Both the position numbers and the translations under genes were made by a program. 64,000 bases of DNA, taken from the NCBI GenBank assembly GCA_019828565.1, contig JAHDYR010000007.1, positions 62,001-126,000 on the forward strand, written 5' to 3'. Source of the stretch: Carpediemonas membranifera BICM. Its lineage: Eukaryota; Protista; Fornicata. Each line of letters opens with the position of its first letter. Positions within the stretch are counted from its first letter, which is position 1. Positions 48,484 to 56,705 of the stretch are shown here, piece by piece. The notes under the pieces are model-generated. The model worked only from the letters and a program-made list of their open reading frames with translations, was not told the DNA's origin and searched no databases.

Positions 48484-49578
48484 ATGAGTTACGCCTATAG
48501 CGAGGGATTTAACGACTATGAGCGTAACACAGAGTCCCAAGTGGACGATTTCCTCACCCGCTGCTCGCATTTTCTCGGCGTCGGAGAGAAGGCCTCTGCT
48601 TCTGCGATTCCTCACTCCCAGTCATATTTCGCTCTCAAAAGCACAGCTTCGCCTGGAAAAGCACGGACAAGGGATCCATTGAGTGCAAAATCGCCCCGCC
48701 ACCTCGATATTCCCAGTGTGAAACGGCACCAACCAATGCTTGGATCGGTCGCCACTCCCGAAAGCCCTGCATCCGTATGTGGGTCTGAAGGGCGCATCTC
48801 CATCATGCCACCGAAGTCTGCGCGTACCGTGCGCCGTGCCTGCTCAGCGGCTGGGGGTTCACCGCAGCAGTTTAAAGCGTCACCACGCACAGCCATGGAT
48901 CGACTCCCGACGTCCTCGATGGCATTCACACCCACTACGATTCACTCTGCCCGTCGCTTTGGTGAATCTCCCCGGCCCCGTCCCCGCATGGCCTCTCCCA
49001 CGCGAGCAAATGAAGACGTCGAAACGAGGCAAGGGATGCTAGCGTCGGCACATCGAACACAGTCATCGCCGTTGTTTAAGAAGAGTGAGCTGGAGACGTT
49101 TGATAGGATGGCCGAGACCCAGCTCGCTGAGGCCCGTGAGCGTGATCTCGAGGAGGCCGAAGAGGTCGCGTCGTCAGCCCAAGATGACGTTAACATCGCC
49201 AAGGAGTACAGCGATGACGTAGCCAACCGTGCTGATGACATCCTGGCCCGCCTCCGTGCCATCTGGTCCGGCTTTGAGGCACGGGTTGGTCAAGACGGCG
49301 AGGCACCGCCAGCTGACAACAGTGAACGGCCGCCACACTCGGAAGAGGACTGTATCGAGCGTATGCTGGTGGTACCTGAGGTGCTTGGCGATGTTGACGT
49401 GCTTGTTGACGAGATCCTTGTTGGTTTCGACACAGAGGCGGCCTATAGAGCAAGGGGGGCACGGATCAAGGCCGGCAGGAAGCTTGCTGTGAAAGAGAAG
49501 CCTGTGAAGAAACCCGATCAACCCATCGATGCTTATATCGAGAGGATCAAGGTTTTGGAGGCCAGGGCCGGGCATTAG
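48484..49578 (+). CDS. Hypothetical protein (S/P/R-rich, short coiled coil)
   Basis: Long ORF with plausible ATG (MSYAYSEG) and TGTAAA about 60 nt after the stop. Confidence 0.65.
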   Translation: MSYAYSEGFNDYERNTESQVDDFLTRCSHFLGVGEKASASAIPHSQSYFALKSTASPGKARTRDPLSAKSPRHLDIPSVKRHQPMLGSVATPESPASVCGSEGRISIMPPKSARTVRRACSAAGGSPQQFKASPRTAMDRLPTSSMAFTPTTIHSARRFGESPRPRPRMASPTRANEDVETRQGMLASAHRTQSSPLFKKSELETFDRMAETQLAEARERDLEEAEEVASSAQDDVNIAKEYSDDVANRADDILARLRAIWSGFEARVGQDGEAPPADNSERPPHSEEDCIERMLVVPEVLGDVDVLVDEILVGFDTEAAYRARGARIKAGRKLAVKEKPVKKPDQPIDAYIERIKVLEARAGH

Positions 49579-49696
49579 CGGTTCTTCACTTGTACTTTGT
49601 CGTTGTATACATGTGTACATGGTATACTCGTAGATCTCTGTAAATGACAGGAGTCTGTGGGGGTGGTGCGAGTGGGGGCTACAATTCCACATATTT

Positions 49697-49860
49697 TGTG
49701 CCACGCAGGATAAGAATGCTTAAGTCCAAAACACACAGTGATCCAAGCAGCATCAGGATCGCAGTGTGGTTCATCATACTCTATCAATCGTGCGCAGCAT
49801 ATCACGCGTGCTGCAGCGCGTGCTTGCTCAACTTAGCAAGTTAATGATAGCGAGGAAGAG
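49697..49860 (-). ncRNA. Candidate omega-RNA scaffold, copy 1
   Basis: Conserved non-coding sequence just 3' of the nuclease ORF, with three hairpins. Confidence 0.45.
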
Positions 49861-50415
49861 CACCTCTCTGGGTGCCGTAATGGAAAGGAGATAGCCCTAT
49901 CTGATCTGGAGTGGCGTCGAAGGTACACCAATGGATGTTCTCGCTGGCGCTCTTATCTCGGTGAGAGAGATTGAGAAGCATGTCTCTCTGCTCGGGATGC
50001 CGACTTAGCCGTTTATCGCGCCATGGAGCTCCCTCGCACGCGGGATTCTGGCAGAGCATGGTGCGGTGTGCACCACACGTCTGAAGTGTGCTTTGCAGTA
50101 TGGGCACACGATGGAAGTGCGGAATTCCGAGACCATGGCAACAGTCACGACGACGTTGTGCCGGAGCATGATGCCTGGTAGAGCTCGAGCAAAGTGGCGG
50201 TACGGAGCACACGAGGGAGTGCCGGCGGAACCGAACAGTGCAGCCCCATACGCCACTTTGAGGTGAATGGGCTCCGTTCTTCTGGTCAGAAATGCTACAT
50301 CTGACAAAACATAAAACATCCCTGCCCGCATGATCGCCCTTACCATGGCTGATGCCCTCATGTCCGCTACCCTGTTGGTGTATGACAAGAGGTGCGCCAA
50401 GCTGGGACTGTTCAA
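49697..50415 (-). mobile_element. Fanzor/TnpB-like element copy 1, internally deleted or truncated
   Basis: 49697-50275 is a gapless duplicate of 51408-51986. It encodes RuvC-II (SEFRTSIVCPYC), Zn finger and RuvC-III (RDKSASENI) plus the 3' non-coding end. Confidence 0.8.
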
Positions 50416-50556
50416 CCCGCTGGAGCTCCTCCCGGCAGGGCTGTCGGCATAAGCCAGTAATTTACGTGATTAATGGAAAATCACAAAATGCACGGATGTG
50501 CCACAGAACTCGTGCTTGCAAAGACAACGACTATGTACAGAAGTTTACTCTTATGA

Positions 50557-50934
50557 TTAATCCCGATTGTGGATCATGGCGAGAATCCTGCCAGGCAGCT
50601 CTTCGATAGTGGTGTTGAGCTGGCGAATGTCGCCATGAACCTCAGCAAATTGGCCATGAACCTCAGCAAATTGGCCATGAACCTCAGCAAATTGGCCACG
50701 AACCTCATCCTGGAAAGCACGGAAGTCTCTCCAGGTCACATAGCTGTCATCCTCGTGTTGCATGCCGTTTTCTGCCATATTTTCTTCCATATTCTGCTCG
50801 GGAACGCGTTGTTCTGGCATGCGACGGAGATCCACCTCATCTTGAGGCCTGTGGAAACCGTTCACAGCGGCATGGCGGAGCTCGGGGTTGCCATCATCAT
50901 CGCGGGGCTCGGGGTTCCTCGGGGTTGATGGCAT
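50557..50934 (-). CDS. Small ORF with QFAEVHG heptad repeats, possible transposon cargo
   Basis: MPSTPRNPE...YVTWRDFRAFQDEVRG(QFAEVHG)3DIRQLN. Confidence 0.55.
   Translation of the reverse strand: MPSTPRNPEPRDDDGNPELRHAAVNGFHRPQDEVDLRRMPEQRVPEQNMEENMAENGMQHEDDSYVTWRDFRAFQDEVRGQFAEVHGQFAEVHGQFAEVHGDIRQLNTTIEELPGRILAMIHNRD
50632..50707. repeat. 21-bp tandem repeat x3.6 (GCCATGAACCTCAGCAAATTG)
   Basis: Directly visible. Confidence 0.95.
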
Positions 50935-51407
50935 GGTAAATATCGTAAATGTCTGTGTGTTGTTGGCCACTTTGAGGCTGAAGGCTGCGAACGGATGCCA
51001 ACTGCATCCCTTCTAACCCTGCTTGCAGGTACAACCAATGGGGGGAAAACATTTACGTATTTTACCAGTTTACTGGTGGTTTGGTCTCAAACGTGTCTCA
51101 AATGTTCGCCCGGCTTGGGTACGAGCCGAGCAGTGCTGGCTCGCACGAAGGTTTGCGCTGTTCAAGCTTCCTTGACTTGGCGACTCCGCGCCAAAATCGA
51201 CCAAACGAATTTTGTGTCCACGCTCCCCGCGCCGGAGTCGCGTCGGCGCATCTACGCGCCCTCCCACTCGCAGAGTGCTCCTCGTTGTGGTGGTCCCACA
51301 GGGCAAGACACTCAAGCAAACGATGGACCGTTTACAGAAGAATTTATGTGAGTTTACATAAACTGCACTGACTCTGAGGTCTAAGACTATTGCACTCGTT
51401 ATTCTGA

Positions 51408-51571
51408 TGTGCCGCGGAGGATTAGAATTATTGAGTTCAAAGCACACGGTGATCCAAGCAGAATCAGGATCGCAGTGTGGTTCATCATATTCTATCAATC
51501 GTGCGCAGCATATCACGCGTGCTGCAGCGCGTGCTTGCTCAACTTAGCAAGTTAATGATAGCGAGGAAGAG
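51408..51571 (-). ncRNA. Candidate omega-RNA scaffold, copy 2
   Basis: Same structured 3' end as copy 1; the copies differ by 11 substitutions in the distal ~83 nt. Confidence 0.45.
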
Positions 51572-53249
51572 CACCTCTCTGGGTGCCGTAATGGAAAGGA
51601 GATAGCCCTATCTGATCTGGAGTGGCGTCGAAGGTACACCAATGGATGTTCTCGCTGGCGCTCTTATCTCGGTGAGAGAGATTGAGAAGCATGTCTCTCT
51701 GCTCGGGATGCCGACTTAGCCGTTTATCGCGCCATGGAGCTCCCTCGCACGCGGGATTCTGGCAGAGCATGGTGCGGTGTGCACCACACGTCTGAAGTGT
51801 GCTTTGCAGTATGGGCACACGATGGAAGTGCGGAATTCCGAGACCATGGCAACAGTCACGACGACGTTGTGCCGGAGCATGATGCCTGGTAGAGCTCGAG
51901 CAAAGTGGCGGTACGGAGCACACGAGGGAGTGCCGGCGGAACCGAACAGTGCAGCCCCATACGCCACTTTGAGGTGAATGGGCTCCTGGGGGCGCCCGCC
52001 GAGATCATCCAGGAGTTGACGTCCAGCCCGGGCGAAGTGCTTCAGGCGCAGACAGTGATTGGCAAATGTCGCACGGCGGAAACACTTTCTCGTCCCCTCG
52101 TTGATGATCTGAACGATGTTCTCATGGACAAACCTAATCGACTGTTTGAGAGCCTCTAGACTTGTCGTTTTGAACGATGCTGCGCTCATATTCACGCGGA
52201 AAGAGGGGGTGGCAGTGTAGCCACACTTAGCGAGTACGCCAGATAAACTCTGCCCGTCTGGGCCGCGGATCGTGTAGCCGCCCAGCGACCGAGCACCAGG
52301 GTCGAAGCCCATGAGAGCTTGAATGTCCGGGGCAGGAGTAGCCTCGGCGTCATCCTGACCGAGCCGAGCCCGCTTGTTGCTGCTACCCTTTTTGTACGTG
52401 GGCCGGTCAGCCACCCGACCGCCACGGTATTTCTCGCGACCCACCCAAACCGTCACAGCAGCAGAGACCCCGTCAGTCTTCACAAAGAGCACTCTGCGGA
52501 GCTTGGTGATGTCGCCGTGATCACGCTCGTATTCAGCCACCTGCTCGTCGGTCAAATTCTTGGTTGCTGACCAATTCACGTGCACACGCAGGCGCCGCTT
52601 CATCGCTGGGGTGAGCGACATATAATCGTACTCGATGGTCATGAACCCAGGCCTAACCGGTGCCATCGGCACGAACGGAACGAGCTTCGGCTCTGGCAGG
52701 GCCTGACTGAGCTCGAGGTTCACGGCACGAGTGAGTGTGACCAGCTTGGTTACTGCAGCACTCATGCGCGTACGCACGACAGCACGCCGACAAGGGCCTC
52801 GGCCACGGTACCAGTGCGACCCACCCGTTGCCCCTCGGGCGATGCATGTATTTGAGGATGATACCTGCCAGGATCGGCGGCTATGGCGGCAACCTCAGTG
52901 TCGAGCTCGCCTAGGGTGTCGAGAAAATCCTGTCGAACACCCGGCCGATCATGGAGGAGCGGACGCACCCGGTCTAATCCAGCACGAAGACGGGTCAGGT
53001 ACCCGGGTGACGCGCGCGAGAGCCAGACCCGGGTGGCTGTGGAGTACTCGCCCAACCAACTCTGAAATGGCGCTGCCAAGCATGGGTAGCTATAAGCTGT
53101 GACGAAGTCCTCGACGAGTGGGGTTATGTCAGGGTCCCTCCACATCGCCAGGTCGCCAATCCACCTGCACCGATCCGCTGACTTTGCTTTCGACACCTTT
53201 TGCTGCGCAATGCTGACGATCTGCTTGAGGACCTCCTGGTCGAACAGGT
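51552..53249 (-). pseudogene. Fanzor1/TnpB-like RNA-guided RuvC nuclease, copy 2 (two frameshifts; 5' end cut by retrotransposon A)
   Basis: FVKTDGVS, RuvC-I LMGFDPGARSL, LKVAYGAALFG, RuvC-II VSEFRTSIVCPYC, then in a shifted frame LCQNPAC and RuvC-III HRDKSASENI. Upstream frame LFDQEVLKQIV... starts at the LTR junction 53249. Confidence 0.85.
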
Positions 53250-53330
53250 TGTAGCTCTTCTAGGATCCTCAATGAACGAATGAACTGCTTTAACCTGCGG
53301 GGCAGACCCAACTATAAATATCACATTACA
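53250..53330 (-). repeat. 3' LTR of retrotransposon A (about 81 bp, TGTAA...CTACA)
   Basis: Follows the purine tract GGGAAGGCGG; TGTA/TACA inverted termini; Fanzor coding sequence resumes immediately after. The partner LTR is not in the window. Confidence 0.65.
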
Positions 53331-56300
53331 CCGCCTTCCCGTGGCTGACCCGCAGTCAAGTAGGCATCTAGCGCCTCCAGCCGAGCCACCACGTAGTAGG
53401 GCTCCCACGAGCTGGACCCGTCTGCCCACTCGACCCAGTACTCACGGCCCTGGACCTCGGAGTCCCGATGGTCCGTAATCCGGAGCACCATCAGCTCTGC
53501 AGCATCTCTCCCATTCAACTCCACTAACTGCTGTTCCGACAGTCGATCTGCTCGGAATGACTTCAGGCGGTCATTGTGAACGTCAATCTGCAAACTTGTG
53601 TCCTCCAGGCTCTGCAACTTGCATCCATGCTCCATTACCCCCAGAACCTTGTACGGTCCCTTCCATGTCGGCAATAGCTTCGCTGTTCGCACTCCTGGTA
53701 GTACCATGACTAGTTGTCCCACTGTCCAGGACGGCACTGTCCAACCCTGCATGCGCCGCTCACGTTGGGCCAACAAACGCTGCTGTACCTCATTGGCTTG
53801 CTTCCGAACGTCCCGTATGAATAGTTGCTGCTCCTGATCCGCCTCCTCTACGTCCAGTTGGATCTTCGCCTCCACCGCCCTTGGCATAGTGCCATGCGGC
53901 TCTGGGCCGAACATGCCTTGCATAATAGCTGCGGCTGTCGTCCCTGTGGCGCTACAGAACTCAGTATTCAGCTGTCGCTGGACTATGGGGATATACTTGT
54001 GCCACTGCTCAGGCTCGCCCCAATCCAACACCATACCCCGCAACCGTGATAATACCCTGCGATTCGCCCGCTCACACCCTCCGTTCCCAGGGGGATGGTA
54101 CGGGAATGTCGTCGTCTGGCCAGAGCCGAAACGTTGCAGGATCTCCTTGATAGTCTCGTTGAGGAACTCCGTCCCTTGATCGGAATGCAGAGTCTTCATG
54201 GGTCCGTGACGCGCAATCCACCATGTTACAGCCTCTGCTGCTGACTCCGCTGTCTTGTCCTTGGTCGGGAAGATCTCCAGCCACCGGGAGAATAGGTCCA
54301 CCATTACGAACACGTACTTGTGACCCTCCTCGCTCTCCGGCGTCACCTTCATAGTATCGATTGCTACCTTCTGCATCGGGCCGTCAACCATCTCTGTGCC
54401 CATCTTCAACTTCACAGTATCGACCGAGGCAAGCTTCTGACAGGTACAGGTCGAGACAAACATCTGCACCTGGTCCCACATTCCCTTCCAGTGGTACCCC
54501 TTGTGCTTAAGCGTGTGGTACGTCGACAGACGCCCCAGGTGTTCGCCCTCGCCCTGGTGTGCCCATGTGATCAGTTGCACCTTGTCATCCTCCGTCAGCT
54601 CGCCCCGCGATGCCCGTAGGCTCATCTCTCGGCGCCGCTCGGCGTCGGCCTGTGCCTCGCGAGAGTGATCCTCTCTGGGTTCCTCGACTTCGACTTCTTC
54701 CTCCGCGCTATCCTGCACTGGTGAGTCTTCGTCGTCGCTCGCTATCTGGTAAAACTCATCGTCCATCAGTCGCTGCGGTGGTCTACGGGTCCTAGCGGGC
54801 CTATCGCTCCTTACTTGCTGTACAAATGCCCGTGACAGCGCATCCGCCACTACATTCTTCTCTCCAGCAACGTGAACCACGTTGAAACTGAATTCCTGCA
54901 GCAGTAGCTTCCAGCGTTGCACCTTCTGACTCGCGGCCTTCCGCTCCATATATAGCAAGTTCCGATGGTCCGTCTCTAGGCGGAAAGGATAGCCCTGTAG
55001 GTACATTCTCCAGCGCCGCACGCACTCAACGATAGCACAGCACTCTTTCTCACCCACAGTCCATCGTGTCTCTGCCCCTCTGAACGCCCGGCTATAGACA
55101 GCGACTGGTTCCTCGCCCTTGTCCGTCTCCATGCATAGAATCCCTCCCAGACCGATGTCCGACGCGTCTGTTCTGACTATCAACGGCTTCTTATAGTCGA
55201 TGTGTGTCAGCTTCAGGTGGTCCGCGATCGCTCTCTTCACATCGCTGAACGCGGCTTGCCTCTCGTCTGTCCAGGCCGTCTGTCGGTCCTTGAGTGCGTC
55301 ATTCAGTGGGGCCAAATGCATCGCTAGGTCGGGGGTGAACCCCTGAACCAGTTCGCCAAGCCAATAAACCTCCGCAGCTGCTTCTGGGTGGTCGGCCGCT
55401 CGAACTCTTGCACTGCCCGAACCTTGTCGTCACTGATCCTGACACCGTCCTGGTCGACAATGTGTCCGAGGAACTCCACGCTCGACTGGGCAAACCTGCA
55501 CTTCTCCAGGTTCGCGCGCAGCCCGTGCTTCTTGAGTCGGTCAAGCACAGTCCTGATTCGATCTCTCATCTCTTCCCGTGAGTTCGCCATTATCAGGATG
55601 TCGTCAATATATACCAACACACCGGGAATTCCCTTGAGTACGTCGTCCATCGCCGTCTGAAAGAACGCAGGAGCATTCTTCAACCCGAACGGCAGTCTCT
55701 CGAACTCGAACAGGCCGAACGGCGTGATGAACGCCGTCTTCGCGCGGTCTTGCTCCCGAACTGCGAACTGATTATATCCCGATGTGAGGTCCAGTGTCGA
55801 GAACAGCTTTGCCCCCGCCAATTGGGCTAGTAGTCTCTTCACGTCCTTCACGGGCGCGGCCAGGGTCTTCGTTGTCGCATTCAGCCGGCGGTAGTCGACG
55901 CATAGTCGCCACGTGCCATTCTTCTTCTTAACCAATACGATAGGTGACGCGTAGCCGGACGTCGACCTCCGCACTATACCCTGCCTGAGCCACTCTTCCA
56001 CCTGCTTCTGCGCCACCTCTTCCATCACGGGAGATAGCTGTCTCGCGGGTTCTCGAATCTCTTGCTCCGTCATTAGGTCGATCGGGTAAGGCGGCGCCTT
56101 TGCCGGCTCTGGCCCTAGCGGCCCGAACACCTCGCCGAACTCAGTCAGCATTGAGCTAAGCTGAGGGTCCTTCTCGGCCAGACTGTGCCGGAGTTCCGCA
56201 TGTGCCTGCTGCACCCGGAACATCTCCTCCACTAGCTCGGCCTCTACTTCGCCCTCGTCCGCGTCGTCCGTGTCCTCTGCCAACAGGCCCAAGTCCTTGA

Positions 56301-56595
56301 CCGTTTGGAACGGAATCAGCGTGTCTGTCACTCCGGCACACCCATACACGGTCACCCGTGCCTGCACATACGTGCCGAGCCCTCGGGCCTTCGATCGCCC
56401 GATCCATACCTCGCACGCATTGTCTGGTCTTCGTCCGTCTCCTGTGAAAGTCTGGATCACCAGGTCGTCCGGAGGGGTGACCTCTCGTGCCCCTGCGTGC
56501 ACCCGTGCGGCGACCCAGGCTGGGCTCGCCACAGCAACGTTCGCCCGCGTGTCGGGGCCGACGCGCATCCGCACCGCCGGCTTCTTCGGATTCAC
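53250..56595 (-). mobile_element. Ty3/Gypsy chromovirus A, pol part (PR-RT-RH-IN-chromo), frameshift near 55340
   Basis: PDTRAN protease-like motif, WRLCVDYRRLN, LPFGLKNAP, YIDDIL, TDASD, H-H-C-C zinc finger, D-D-E integrase, chromodomain YWVEWADGSSSWEP. Confidence 0.93.
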
Positions 56596-56683
56596 TGTCA
56601 CGGGGCTACTCATATATTTATGGTCTACGTACCATTCTTTGTAAATCACACACTCGTCAATCGTTTTGCCCTTAACTGGGTCA
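56596..56683 (+). repeat. 5' LTR of element B (88 bp)
   Basis: Identical to 61025-61112. Confidence 0.97.
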
Positions 56684-56705
56684 AAGTAATTACTTCCCGA
56701 CTAAG

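Noticed and set aside
49575-49805. Small ORFs MICCARLIEY... downstream of both Fanzor copies
   Set aside because: Differences between the copies are mostly non-synonymous (7 of 11) and the ORFs end differently; better explained as non-coding scaffold.
55321-55360. Programmed frameshift in element A pol
   Set aside because: It lies between RT and RNase H rather than at gag/pol, and one extra G in a homopolymer restores WFRGFTPDLAMHL; a mutation or sequencing error.
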